In this document: positions 39,766 through 54,160 of the stretch, piece after piece
Numbering within the stretch: the first letter of the stretch is position 1
Layout of the letters: each line of letters begins with the position of its first letter
Source of the DNA: Octopus sinensis
Lineage: Eukaryota
Direction: 5' to 3'
Assembly: GCF_006345805.1 (NCBI RefSeq)
Contig: NC_042999.1
Location: forward strand, 161,510,001 to 161,574,000
DNA length: 64,000 bases
Program-made: the position numbers and the translations under genes
Notes under the pieces: generated by a model
The model's input: the letters and a program-made list of their open reading frames with translations, nothing else
Databases searched by the model: none
What the model was told of the DNA's origin: nothing

Positions 39766-39949
39766 GTAAGCAACAAGTACCTAGAAATAATATATATTTC
39801 ATTTTTGTCGTAAACATACATACTTACATATATATACATTGATATCTTATATATATATATATATATATAAAGGTACAAGTGTGGATATAAACCTCGGAGG
39901 GATAAAAATATCCAAGATTAGACTAGTTGAACACCTAACAGTATGGTTT

Positions 39950-40498
39950 ATATATATATACTATATATATACTTTACATTATATATATATATATACTATA
40001 TATATACTTTACATTATATATATATATACTATATATATATATATACTTTACATTATATATATATACTATATATATACTTTACATTATATATATATACTAT
40101 ATAATATATACTTTACATTATATATATATACTTTACATATATATATATATACTATATATATATACTATATATATATACTTACATTATATATATATACGAT
40201 ATATATATATATATACTTTACATTATTATATATATATACGATATATATATATATACTTTACATTATATATATATACGATATATATATATATACTTTACAT
40301 TATATATATATACTATATATATATATACTTTACATTATATATAATACTTTACATTATATATATATACTAATATATATATATACTTTACATTATATATATA
40401 TATATATATATATACTTACATTATATATATTACTATATATATATATACTTTACATTATATATATATACTATATATATATACTTTACATTATATATATA

Positions 40499-40538
<40 letters not shown>

Positions 40539-41150
40539 TACATTATATATATACTATATATATACACTTTACATTATATATATATATATATAACTATATA
40601 TATATATACTTTACATTATATATATATACTATATATATACACTTTACATTATATATATATACTATATATATATATACTTTACATTATATATATACTTTAC
40701 ATATATATATACTATATATATATATACTATATATATACTTTACATTATATATATATACGATATATATATATATATACTTTACATTATATATATATACGAT
40801 ATATATATATATACTTTACATTATATATATACGATATATATATATATACTTTACATTATATATATATACTTATATATATATATACTTACATTATATATAT
40901 ATACTTTACATTATATATATATACTATATATATATATACTTTACATTATATATATATACTATATATATATACACTTTACATTATATATATATACTATATA
41001 TATATATACTTTACATTATATATATACTATATATATATACTTTACTTATATATATATATATTATATATATATATATATTATATATATATATACACACATT
41101 ACATTATATATACTATATATATACACTTTACATTATATATATATATATAA
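39950..41150. repeat. AT-rich minisatellite (ACTTTACATT plus (AT)n units)
   Basis: Visible; source of the spurious 522-aa ORF. Confidence 0.96.
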
Positions 41151-43312
41151 ACGGGTGGTGTGCGTATTTTTTTACATCCGCCTATATATCTGTGTACATA
41201 CCTGTGTGTATATATACATATATACTTACACGATCGTATATATATTTTGTGTTTATCTCTTTACTTAATCGTTTATTGGACTGCGACATTTTTTCAACCT
41301 GTACGGAAATATTTTCGATACAGGAAATCGAAATAAAGAAGCACCTGAATGAAGCGGTTCCAGTTTTCTTCAACGACACTGTCATACAGGGAAGAACACG
41401 TAGCTGATAGCATTAGAGTTAGTTGTACACGCACGCACAATAAACAAAGTCAAGAGAATATACAATACTGAAAGTAGAGTCATTTATTTTACACTTTTTA
41501 CAAACTGAAAATTTCACAATGGTTGCTGCGACTTAATTGTTTTCAATCGGAGATGATAAACTCGGAATAACTTATTTGTGAAGGTTTTCCAATATAATAT
41601 ACACAAAAACATGCGTTGTTGTGTGTGTGTATATTCAAATATACTATATATGCTTCTCTATGTACGTGTATGGTTAATATTTCTTGTCTTTGGAGGGTTG
41701 TTAGTCCACACGTACATACCTTTCTATGTGGATCTGTTTGTTATACTGGCCATCTAACGAGAGCACTATATTATTGCCCGACCTATGAGAAATAGGAGCC
41801 ATATATCCATCAAATCACAGTTTTGTCTTGAAAAGATACATATTGTATAATTGTTTCTGATTTACGTATAAAGCCAGTTGAGGAGAAGAGTTCGACTTTG
41901 CCTTTCATCCTTTGGGGGTCGATAAATAAAGTACCAGTTACGCACTGGGGTCGATGTAATCGACTTGATCCGTTTGTCTGTCCTTGTTTGTCCCCTCTGT
42001 GTTTAGCCCCTTGTGGGTAATAAAGAAACATTTATTCGATGCCCTCGCCCCCAGCAGTCTGAGATAAAAAAAATTAAAAAAGACTGGATGCCCGTTGGTG
42101 AAATGTCTTTCATCATAGGCTTGTTGGACCAGAGATAACCTGGGGCTAAACAAAAACTTGATCACTATTCTATTTCTTACCTTAGCAACGCATTTCTCTG
42201 ATAAATGACGGCACTCTAAAGTGCAATCGTAAAAATAGTTACGAAAGTATTTACTTCTAAATCAACTGCTCTGTTATAATATACAAACATCATCATCATT
42301 CAACGTCCGTTTTCTATGCTGGCAAGGGTTGAACTCCTGAAACAATATTCTTTTAATTAAAACACCCTTCTATATTTGTGCTAGTTTCTTTTTGCCCTTT
42401 AAAGGCCTTTATTTACTTACGTACTTTTGCTTATTCTCGCCTGAACGAAATAAAGGTCCATGCAACAGGAAAACAACTATAACAAATATGATACATATCT
42501 TTTCTCTCATGTTCCTTCATTTGGAAAACAGTTATGATAGTTTATTGTGCTGATTTTGTGAATAGAGGTGATAAACTATAGAAAAATCTATAATTTATCA
42601 CGTAATAAGAATATCGCACTGCTAACACAAAAACAACAATAAAACACAAGATTGTAAATCTTTAATATTCATAGTAGTACATTATGTTTGCAAAACGAAA
42701 TACTGTGTCCTTGCTAGTAATTAATATGGTTCTACATCGAAAACATTGCCTGTTTGTCATTTACATGGTATTCAGGTATTGTTATACTATCCTGCATCGG
42801 TTTATTATTTGGGTCCATTTAGTGAGCTGTGGTCATAATGGGGCCCTGTCAGCTTTACAAAATTCTGTCATAACTTCAGTGCTCCAGAGTATTTGTAATT
42901 TCTGCTGAAATTCTGTAACTGTTTCTCTTAAAATATTGCATCTAATAACAGAAGCTTCTTTCACCCTGATATAGCAACCAAACCATTTTTCTACAATTCC
43001 CCTTACTGTTTTTCAATCTCCCTCATTAAACTCACTGTTGCGAAAACTGAATATTTATAATCCTAAATCATTAGACAGCAATATTTCTCACTGTAATCAG
43101 GTAAGATATTATCTATATTGAGCCACTAAGAGAGTGATGTAACTGCCAATATCTCTCAACAAACTCCACATTATGTTTCAAATGCAGACTACATTTTCTA
43201 AATATTACAACAGCATGTGTCACAAGAATGACAGTAGGAACTACATGTTGCATACCTCCTTTTAACTTCAGATCTTTAGATTTATCATTCTGAATAGAAC
43301 ACTTTATTCTAC

Positions 43313-43688
43313 ACTAGCAGTATCGCCCGGCGTTGCTCGGGTTTGTAAGGGAAATAACTATATAAGCATTTTTAGAGATGTAAAGTATAATAGCCATCTC
43401 AATATAGCTAACCACAAGGGGGGGGGGTGTTACTGTAGCTTTTTACGTTCTGAGATTTAATAATAAATTTTTAGAGTTACTTCCTTTATATATGCCAAAA
43501 ATGCATATATAAGGGATGTAACTCTCTAAAAATTTATTATTAAATCTCAGAACGTAAAAAGCTACAGTAACACCCCCCCCCCCTTGTGGTTAGCTATATT
43601 GAGATGGCTATTATACTTTACATCTCTAAAAATGCTTATATAGTTATTTCCCTTACAAACCCGAGCAACGCCGGGCGATACTGCTAGT
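43313..43688. mobile_element. Fold-back made of two Helitron 3' ends
   Basis: About 185-bp inverted arms, each ending in CCCGAGCAACGCCGGG..CTAG|T; homologous to 61875-62276. Confidence 0.88.
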
Positions 43689-44774
43689 CCACTAAATCAA
43701 ATTAGGTGAATCCGCAGAGTTGTTTGTTTTCTATACTCTGAAACCACTTAATTATAGTGGTGCTACATTTCCATTGTCCTAATATTAATAGTGTTTCTTA
43801 TTTTAAGGTTAATCACTTTGAGAATGGGCTAATTGAAGTCAGTTCTTGCAGGTTTTTAATTAAGCTACATCTAGAGTTGGGGGAAAGTTCATCTTATCTT
43901 CTTTAGGGGTAATGTAAGGTTTGTATCTAATAAGACACCCCTGCAGCCTTGTACTTCTAATTAGAAGGCTAACTCTCTTGTTTTTACGTTTATGATGGTA
44001 ATGTGAGTGTGTTCGCAGGTGTTCTTTCCCTACTTAGAAGCTAAGAATTTCAGAATACTAAAAATAAAAAAGAGAATATTTTAAATATTGACCCTTATTT
44101 ATCAGATTGATAAAATTTTAACAAATAGATTTTGAGAAACACACTCATGAATGAATTGCTGAGATCTCTTTTAATTTCCCTATCTTTTTTTCTGAACTGC
44201 ATCCTTGGCACGTGATTCTCGTTATTTTACTGTTTGGGCAAAACATCAAGAAATAGCTTTTTTACACAAGCAAGATAAAGTGTCTAGTCCTGATTTATAC
44301 GTCACTCCAACTGTCTTTCTCTCTCTTCACCTATACCTCGTCTCTCTCTCTCTCTCTCACACTCTTATGTGAATTCTGTTCACAGCTATCTTAGTCTTTT
44401 ACTTCACTTCAGATTTAAGGAAGTTTAGTTAGTTGTCAAAAAATCATTACTAATATTATTTTTATTACTGTTGTTGTTATTGTGTCCTTGTGTGACTTAG
44501 TAAAAATAAACCATTGTTATTACTGTTCTTGTTGGTGCATTTGTTGCTGCTGCTGCTGTTGTTGTTGTTGTTGTCTACACTATTATCTAGCAATGCTGCA
44601 TAACGTGCTGGCTTTGCCAACAGCAACACCACATATCACCACTAACCTGTGCAACAACTGTTGCTGGACTTTACATCAGAATATTTTAGTTACTGTAATT
44701 AGTTTATAGATTTTCTTGGGCTTGCCACTAAACACTACATAGTAGATAAATAACTAAATGATATACATACATAC

Positions 44775-44791
<17 letters not shown>

Positions 44792-44809
<18 letters not shown>

Positions 44810-45900
44810 CTTTTTACTCTTTTACTTGTTTCAGTCATTTGACTGCGGCCATGCTGGAGCACCACCTTTAGTCGAGCAACTCGACCCCGGGACTTATTCT
44901 TTTTGTAAGCCCAGTACTTATTCTATCGGTCTCTTTTTGCTGAACCGCTAAGTGACGGGGACGTAAACACACCAGCATCGGTTGTTAAGCAATGCTAGGG
45001 GAACAAACACACACACATACATATATATATATGTATATATATACATATATACGACAGGCTTCTTTCAGTTTCAATCTACCAAATTCACTCACAAGGCATT
45101 TGTCGGCCCGGGGCTATAGTAGAAGACACTTGCCCAAGATGCCACACAGTGGGACTGAACCCGGAATCATGTGGTTGGTTAGCAAGCTACTTACCACGCA
45201 GCCACTCCTGCTCCTATATATATATATATAGGGAGAGAGAGCACTCACACAAAATCAGATTAGTTCACTTATTCAGGCAATCATTATCTGCAAAATGTAG
45301 AATGGAACAATTTTTATATCAAATACATTTTAAATGTATATATTGTATATCAACATAAATGTATTTATGATTTGCTACAATTATCTTTACATAATATTTA
45401 TTAAAAAGTGTTTGTCAAATGATAATTAAGTTCATTTTCATTAGAAGAGGCTATTTTGGGCCAAACTTTGCTGCAAGGTTTGCTATATTTAGTAAAATTC
45501 AGGTAGTATGGACAGGAGTGGCTGTGTGGTAAGTAGCTTGTTTACCAACCACATGGTTCCGGGTTCAGTCCCACTGCGTGGCACCTTGGGCAAGTGTCTT
45601 CTACTATAGCCTTGGGCCGACCAAAGCCTTGTGAGTGGATTTGGTAGACGGAAACTGAAAGAAGCCCGTTGTATATATGTATATATATATATATGTGCGT
45701 GTCTGTGTTTGTCCCCCTAGCATTGCTTGACAACCGATGCTGGTGTGTTTATGTTCCCGTTACTTAGCGGTTCGGCAAAAGAGACCGATAGAATAAGTAC
45801 TGGGCTTACAAAAGAATAAGTCCCGGGGTCAAGTTGCTTGATTAAAAAAGGTGGTGCTCCAGCATGGCTGCAGTCAAATGACTGAAACAAGTAAAAGAGT
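44792..45900. mobile_element. Inverted pair of family-B SINEs (44792-45212 minus, 45512-45900 plus)
   Basis: Both match the consensus. Confidence 0.9.
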
Positions 45901-46199
45901 ATATAATTGTAGTTGGTGGTAGGTACTAAAAGAGAATGACTCTCCCCAGTTAATAAAACTAGATGTTTTTTTTTTGTTTATTCTGTAGGTCTACTCTGAC
46001 TATAAACATCTGTCATTAAAAATGTTCCAGCTGTGGCTATCAGTCATAGTGTATGTGGGACTACATTATCCAGTGCATCTGTCTCTTTTTAGCAATACAC
46101 TAAACCACCTTCAACTACCACAACAGTAGTACTCCTTGTTTTCGCTTCATATTCTGCCTCTCACATTTGTTTGCCAATACATTTTTCCTTGGCACAACC

Positions 46200-46620
46200 A
46201 ACCATATTTGTGTATCTTTATTCACTACTACTCTCATTTATCCTACGACTCTATCATCACCACATTCACTTCCTACTGTAAACAGCCTTTCAAGAGTAAA
46301 TCTGTTCCATGTTGATTCCATTACGATCTTTCATACATAGCACTGCTTTCCTTCTTCAATACTGGTACTACCAGCCTTCCATACATGGCAGCCCAATTCT
46401 TCTTCAGTCTAGCAGCTCCTTATTTCAACTCTTGCACTTTCACCTGCTTCCTTTTCTAACTTTAATACAGTTGACTTCCCATAACCTTGTCTTCCTACCT
46501 CCAATCTTTCCATATGTGGCAAATCCTTCCTATTTCAATCATGGCACTGCCAAACTTCTGTCCATGCTTTTCCCCTGTTTAACCATCACACTGTCATTGT
46601 TCCCTACAAGATAACCATCT
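46200..46620 (-). mobile_element. Highly decayed LINE (RTE-like) endonuclease-region fragment
   Basis: Scattered residues resembling an APE N-terminus across frames; weak. Confidence 0.35.
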
Positions 46621-47004
46621 TCTTTCTCTTAACCTTTGCCACACTACCAGTAATATTCAATGGGTCATCCTGTCACTGCTAGTCAATCCAGAGTTCCCTA
46701 ATGTCAATATAGGTCAAGCAGTATTGACATTATGGTAGCTGGTGATTGCTAAATAAAGGTTCTTGTTTAGCTTCAATGGGCTGACTTGTAATCAAAGTTA
46801 TTCAACTGTGACCATCCTACCATTTATTTATTTTCAAATGTTGCATATCTGATTGTATTATCCAATATATTATTCCTCTTAAGTTTTCCTTAGGTCTGGA
46901 CAAGCCAGGGCTCAAGAAAATTTACTGACCAACTGCATCCTGATGGTTTTATCACTCTTGGCCCTTCATTGCCTATCCAGCTGGTGCACCTTCTTACATT
47001 ATTC

Positions 47005-47223
47005 TTTACTCTTTTACTTGTTTCAGTCATTTTGACTGTGGCCATGCTGGAGCACCGCCTTTAGTCGATCAAATCGGCCCGGGACTTATTCTTTGTGTAA
47101 GCCCAGTACTTATCCTATCGGTCTCTTTTGCCGAACCGCTAAGTAACGGGGACATAAACACACCAGCATCGGTTGTCAAGCAATGCTAGGGGGACAAACA
47201 CAGACACACAAACACGCACACAC

Positions 47224-47269
<46 letters not shown>

Positions 47270-47450
47270 CATACATGCATACATATATACGACAGGCTTC
47301 TTTCAGTTTCTGTCTACCAAATCCACTCACAAGGCATTGGTCGGCCCGGGGCTATAGCAGAAGACACTTGCCCAAGATGCCACGCAGTGGGACTGAACCC
47401 GGAACCATGTGGTCGGTTAGCAAGCTACTTACCACACAGCCACTCCTGCA
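47005..47450 (-). mobile_element. SINE family B
   Basis: Full-length match. Confidence 0.9.
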
Positions 47451-50157
47451 GCTTTCTAATAATATATATGCAGAGTATTTCCCAATCCACAATTTGGAGG
47501 ACATACCAGATATCGATGGAGCTCTGGAACTTGTTTGTATAAGTTAGTTGGGTGTGATTTGATGGAAATTTTTAACAACTGTTTCTACCAGTTTGATCAA
47601 CCATATAGAAGCATGCTCACTGGCTTCTGAAATAGAAATAAGCAATGTTAGATTGGGTATAGGATGGTAGTGGATGCTATCTGAAGTAGAGGTTTATGAT
47701 AGTTGTTAGCAACTAAATTAGGAGTAAGTTATGTTGCTATAGTGGTGTGTGGCAGGGGATGGTAACCATAAGCAATTGAAAATAATGGGAGGTAACTAAA
47801 ATGTTAGTATCGTTGCACCCCATCCACATTTGCCTGCCAATATGGTAGCTTTTGAATCTTTTTCCTTAATCCCTCCTCTCACTCTTTCTCTTTCCATGGG
47901 GCATACCTGTTTTACAGGCATTAACTGCTATAGAGTCTGAAGATTCATGATTTTTATTACGAAAGATTCAGTAATGTTTTTCCATTGCCTTCTGCCAGTT
48001 TATTTACAGTTTATTCTGCTAGTCTTCTTTTCTCCAGAGCTTTCCCTTTAGGTGCAAAGTGTGTCTAATCCTTTAGGCCAGGGAACTGATTCATATAACA
48101 TCAGTGTATGTCCACACACCAGTGGGCTGGTATGACAGATGTCTAGTGACCAGCCCTTCACCAAATCCAGTATGCCTTAGCCATTGGGCCATCTGCTCTT
48201 TTATCTAATAACTTGGGTTCTTAATAGATATTACTACCTGAAGCCAGAGTGGAACCAGGAGTAGTAGTAACTAAGGAGTAACTCCATACTCCCCAAGTCT
48301 CCTAAACTCCCAAGCTGGAGCCTCTCCACCAGATGCAGTTTAACGTCTTGCTTAGGACATATTTTAACCTCACTAATTAATAAAACTTCTGTTTATCCTT
48401 TTAGTTTTGTTTTCTGATGATGAATAGCAGAATACTCTTCCTAGTCTTCTTTATTATCATCATCGGGTGTATCTTTATTAATTCAGCATTTGTTTTGTGA
48501 CTGCAAAGACCCGGGCTGCTTCCTGCACCAGTTCCGCATAGCCCCTGCCCATTCAAAGTACCCTGGATTCCAGAATGTCCCGCCGTTGAGTCAAGTACAT
48601 GAACATGAACATCGAAATAAATATCAATGGAAATAGTAGTTGTGATACCTGTGCCGGTGGCACATAAAAAGCACCATCCGAACGTGGCCGTTGCCAGCGC
48701 CGCCTCGACTGGCTTCTGTGCGAGTAGCACATAAAAAGCACCATCCGAACATGGCCGTTGCCAGCGCCGCCTTGTCTGGCTTCCGTGCCGGTGGCATGTT
48801 AAAAGCTCCAACCGATCGTGGCCGATGCCGGACCCCCCTGGCACCTGTGCAGGTGGCACATAAAAAGCACCCACTACACTCGCGGAGTGGTTGGTGTTAG
48901 GAAGGGCATCCAGCTGTAGAAACTCTGCCAGATCAGTCTGGAACTGGTGCAGCCCCTGGCTTCCCAGACCCCGGTCGAACCGTCCAACCCGTATGATCTA
49001 CAATCATCATAAACATATTTAGGTTCAACTTAAAGTAAGTTGATCCCATGTTTTCTGCTAATAATTTCTTCCATTGTCATCTCATTATCATCATTACCAC
49101 CATTAATACTGACTTGCGATGCCTTTATCTGTTCTCCATCACATCCCTCACCTGTATAGTCACTGTAATATACATTAGCTAGTGTATTGTCAATATTGTG
49201 CAATATGAATGTGGTGTGTGGTAGGTAACTATCATCATTATTATTATAGTGGAAAATAGCCTAATCAGGAGAGTCTCAGACTTAATACTTTGTGTTATTT
49301 AGTTACTAGTCATTCTGATTTCAAATCACTCTGGTCTTGACTTCATATTTAATCATTTCAGGTCAATAAAATTAGTTTTAGTCAGGAGGTCAATATTGGT
49401 AAACTCTCCTCCTAAATTGGTTTTGACTTTGTCTTAAGCATTCCAGAAAGTCAATAAAATAAAGTAATGTTGCTTCAAAATATTGACTGTACCCTTGTGG
49501 AATTGTGCCAGGGTTAAAGATTATTAATAAAAGCAATGGATTGACAGAAAATTGATAGAATTATAGACTAAATATCTTGGGTTTGCCCCTCCATGTTTTA
49601 AATTCAAACCTCTCCAAATTGACTTTATTTTTGATGCCTGGCTTGATAAAATTAGCATCAATTATCTACTGCCAGCCAATTCTATCAACATAAACTTCTC
49701 CCCTCTGACAAATATGTGGCTTTGATCCAATGTAGAAAAACATTATTCAGCTAGTAATGGGGAGTGATCAGCTGAAATACTTAGGTACTAACTTTAGGAT
49801 TTCCTTTGCCTATCATTGTTTCTAAAGGGTTGGGCTATTACTAGTAACAGGAGGCATGATTTGAACTCAGGACATATAGAGCTGAAACATATGTCAATAC
49901 ATTACATTGAATTGATATTTTTATATCACTCTCAAAACTTCACTTAGGCAGGATTTGAACTTGGCATGCAGAAAGCTGGAACTAATACTGTTAGGCATTC
50001 TATCCATTGTTCTATCAATTCTGCCAATTATATCGTTATCATCATCCTCGTCATCATTTAACATCCATGTTGCAGCCTTCTGCCCAGCCAGCTCCTGTCA
50101 AACCATTCCACCCATGCCAGCATGGAAGGCGGATGTTAAACGATTATGATGATGATA

Positions 50158-50385
50158 GGCGGTGAGCTGGCAGAACCGTTAGCATGCCGGGCGAAATGTG
50201 TAGCCGTATTTCGTCTGCAGCTACGTTCTGAGTTCAAATTCCGCCGAGGTCAACTTTGCCTTTCATCCTTTCGGGGTCGATTAAATAAGTACCAGTCACG
50301 CACTGGGGTCGATGTAATTGACTTAATCCCTTTGTTTGTCCTTGTTTGTCCCCTCTATGTTTAGACCCCTGTGGGCAATAAAGAT
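50158..50385 (+). mobile_element. SINE family A
   Basis: Full-length match. Confidence 0.9.
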
Positions 50386-51571
50386 ATAGATTATGATGAT
50401 GATGTCCCATGCTAGCATGAGTTGAATAGTTTGACAAGAATCTAATGGGTCCAAGGACAGCATTGTGCTCCAGTGCTGGTGGTACACTCTCTATGTCCTG
50501 AGTTCAAATCTTGCCTCCTGTTACTAGTAAAAGCCCAACCCTTTAGAAACAATGATAGGCAAAGGAAATCCTAAAGTTAGTACCTAAGTATTTCAGCTGA
50601 TCGCTCTCCATTACTAGCTGAATAATGTTTTTCTACATTGGATCAAAGCTACATATTTGTCAGAGGGGAGACGTTTATGTTGATAGAATTGGCTGGCAGT
50701 AGATAATTGATGCTAATTTCTATGGTTGGATGCCCTTCCTAACAGCAACCACGTTACAGCATGTAGTGGGTACTTTTTTGTACCACTGTCTCTACTGATG
50801 TTGCCATACAGCTTGCAAGAGTATAGAACCCCAGTGAATGAGGGTATGTTTTATGCTAGGAGACAAAGTGTAAAAGTGAGAGAAGAATGGTAGGGGCAGA
50901 AAAATTCTTGTAAAGCAGCTACTCACATTCAGAAGAGAGAGAGGGAAAGAAAGAATGATCTGTCAGAGCTGCATCAAGATAAATAGTAAAAATAAAGGGT
51001 CCAGGTGGTCCCTCGAGGCACAAGGTGAGTAAAAGTGAATTGGTGGAGAATTTGCAAGATTCTATGAAGAGCAGGATATGTATGTGTCTGACTGTATGTA
51101 TGTCATGATGTATGTATATATGTATACAGTGCCTTGAAGGACAACATGGACCCCTCATCTCCTCTATTTATCTCTTTGCAGCTCCTTCAAATCATTCTCT
51201 CTCTACTCTACTAAATGTGAGTACCCAAGTAGCTTATCTACAAGGACCTTCTCTGAACCCCCACCCACCATCACCACCTCCTCTCCTATTTCAACCTCTC
51301 ATCCGCTATCTAAAGCCAAAACCTTCTCTCTTGGGGTTCATAGTCTTACAAGCTGCATAGTACCTCAGTAGTGCTGGTGGTACACAAAAGCACTCAGCAC
51401 ACATTGTAAAGTGGTTGGCACTGAGCAAAAACTGTCCGACGAATGGCAACGGGAAACTCAGAGTAACAGGTTTTGTTGAATTTTCTGCTGCTTTAAATAA
51501 AGCATATCACTCTACCACTGGTATTTGAGTACTCTTTTTTCCACCTTGTTTCACATTTATGTGTTTACTCC

Positions 51572-51612
<41 letters not shown>

Positions 51613-51618
<6 letters not shown>

Positions 51619-51918
51619 AATACTAAATTTCTAAATCTCTCGTAGAGACATGTACGGTGGTGGGGCGATAGAATGGTTGTATACTGTCAATCTAACGTGA
51701 ACGTGACAGTAGGGGGGTACACCACCGCTGTTTAGCCCTAGGAAGCATCGATGCCTCCTGATGGCTTTGACACATTTTTTTCTTTTTTCATATATATATA
51801 AGGACACAGGAAAGATGTGTCAAAGCCATCAAGAGGCGTCGATGCTTCCTAGGGCTAAACAGCGGTGGTGTACCTCCCCTACTGTCATGTTCGTGTTAGA
51901 TTGACAGTATACAACCAT
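51613..51918. mobile_element. Palindromic MITE-like element; internally deleted relative at 39258-39428
   Basis: About 105-bp inverted arms (aatggttgtatactgtcaatctaac..gctttgacacat); the same sequence is present in reverse near 39.3 kb. Confidence 0.8.
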
Positions 51919-51961
<43 letters not shown>

Positions 51962-52299
51962 CCTTTTCCTTAGCAACAAAGTTTTGTTCTGTTGTTGTTG
52001 TTTGCCATTGCTGTTGTTTATCATCACAATATAATATTTGCTGAAAACCTGTATTAAATTTACCTGTTGTTGAACAATTGTCTGTTCTGAGCACCTGTCA
52101 ACCAGATTAATTTTTTTCTCTCCTTACTAAATTATTCCTAGTTCTTCTTCCGCAGCTGTATTGACGTTGGACTTAAAACTATTACATTATTGATTTATAT
52201 CCCTGTTTGACTTAACTGACACAATGTTTATTATACACGTGCTATCTCGCTAACTTCCTTCTTCATTTGCCTATTATTTGCATGTGTGGGTGTGTAACT

Positions 52300-52698
52300 C
52301 TTTCACTCTTTTATTTGTTTCAGTCATTTGACTGCGGCCATGCTGGAGCACCGCCTTTAGTCGAGCAAATCGACCCCGGGACTTATTCTTTGTAAGCCCA
52401 GTACTTATTCTATCGGTCTCTTTTGCCGAACCGCTAAGTGACAGGGACATAAACACACCAGCATCGGTTGTCAAGCAATGCTAGGGGGACAAACAGTGAC
52501 ACACAAACACATACACACACATATACATATATACGACAGGCTTCTTTCAGTTTCCGTCTACCAAATCCACCCACAAGGCATTGGTTGGCCCGGGGCTATA
52601 GCAGAAGACACTTGCCCAAGATGCCACGCAGTGGGACTGAACCCGGAAGTATGTGGTTGGTTAGCAAGCTACTTACCACACAGCCACTCCTGCGCCTA
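52300..52698 (-). mobile_element. SINE family B
   Basis: Full-length match. Confidence 0.9.
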
Positions 52699-52993
52699 TT
52701 TATATAAGTAAATGAATGCATGGTTAAGGAGTTTTCTGTACAAACACATGGTTCTAGGTTCCATACCATTGTGATCACCTTGGATTTTTCAACACTCTGG
52801 GCTGATAAAATTAGTACTAGTCATATCATCATCATCATCATCGTTTAACGTCCGCTTTCCATGCTAGCATGGGTTGGACGGTTCAACTGGGGTCTGGGAA
52901 GCCCGAAGGCTGCACCAGGCCAGTCAGATCTGGCAGTGTTTCTACAGCTGGATGCCCTTCCTAATGCCAACAACTCCGTGAGTGTAGTGGATG

Positions 52994-53226
52994 CTTTTTA
53001 TGTGCCACCGACACAGGTACCAGACGAGGCTGGCGAACGGTCACGCTCGGATGGTGGTTTTTATGTGCCACCGACACAGGTGCTAGACGAGGCTGGCGAA
53101 CAGTCACGCTCAGATGGTGTTTTTTATGTGCCACCGACACAGGTGCCAGACGAGGCTGGCGAATGACCATCGACGGATGGTGTTTTTTATGTACCACTGA
53201 CACAGGTGCCAGATGAGGCTGGCGAA
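52994..53226. repeat. 57-bp minisatellite, about 4 units, inside the LINE-UTR-like repeat
   Basis: Unit ttttatgtgccaccgacacaggtgccagacgaggctggcgaa..gatggtg; related longer units at 48650-48870. Confidence 0.9.
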
Positions 53227-53945
53227 GGTAATTCAAGCTTTTATATTATCCCTGCCTCTACTCTCTGCATTTTTGCCTTATACTGAGCTAATGTAAATAT
53301 GAACAGTGTGATGCATCTTTTATCTTTTACTTGTTTCAGTAGCCATACTGGGACACTGCCTTGAAGGGTCTTACTCAAACGAATTGACTCTACGACTTTT
53401 TTCGGTCTCTTTTGCCACTAAGTTACAGGGACATAAACACACCAACACTGGTTGTCAAAGCAGTTGGGGGCGGGGAGACAAAGACACACACACACTCACA
53501 TACAACAGGTTTCCTACAATTTTTATCAACCAAATCCACTCACAAGGGTTTGCTTGGCCTGGGGCTATAGTAGAGGACACTTGCCCAAGGTGCCACACTG
53601 TGGGACTGAACACAGGACCATGTGTTTGGGAAACAAGATTCTTACTACACAACTATGTATTTGCTGTTAGTGGCAGAAGCAGCCTTTGTAACAAATATTA
53701 ATTTGCACATCCATCTTAATTTGGATGTATCGTTAAGAATGCTATAGATTGCAGTAATTATCCAGGGAAATCATTCCATATAGGCGTTAGGTGCTACAAA
53801 AGTATAGATCATATCAGTTGATAAAATTTTGCCAACACCTGTAGATGGGAGAGTTGTATCATGTGATTTCAGTGCAAATTGCTAATCATTAGCAATAGAC
53901 ACCCAAGCACCAAATGCCAGATTGAAAATCCATCAAACTGATATA

Positions 53946-54160
53946 TATTTCTTTACTACCCACAAGGGGCTAAACACAGAGGGAACAAACAAGGACAGAC
54001 AAAGCGATTAAGTCGATTACATAGACCCCAGTGCGAAACTGGTACTTAATTTATCGACCCCGAAAGGATGAAAGGCAAAGTCGACCTCGGCGGAATTTGA
54101 ACTCAGAACATAACGGCAGACGAAATACGGCTACGCATTTCGCCCGGCGTGCTACCGTTT
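53946..54160 (-). mobile_element. SINE family A
   Basis: Match to consensus. Confidence 0.88.

Noticed and set aside
39839-41407. 522-aa ORF
   Set aside because: AT minisatellite giving an I/Y/L/H/T low-complexity translation
42760-43050. Protein-like minus-strand frame (TVRGIVEKWFGCYIRVKEASVIRC..)
   Set aside because: Interrupted by stops and no recognisable family
47489-47618. Strong minus-strand acceptor with a short frame (EASEHASIWLIKLVETVVKNFHQITPN*)
   Set aside because: No homology or partner exons; strong AG contexts are common in this AT-rich DNA
48640-53226. CRISPR-like appearance of the 57-66 bp repeat arrays
   Set aside because: Whole units are homologous with no unique spacers, they lie inside a eukaryotic dispersed repeat, and there are no cas genes
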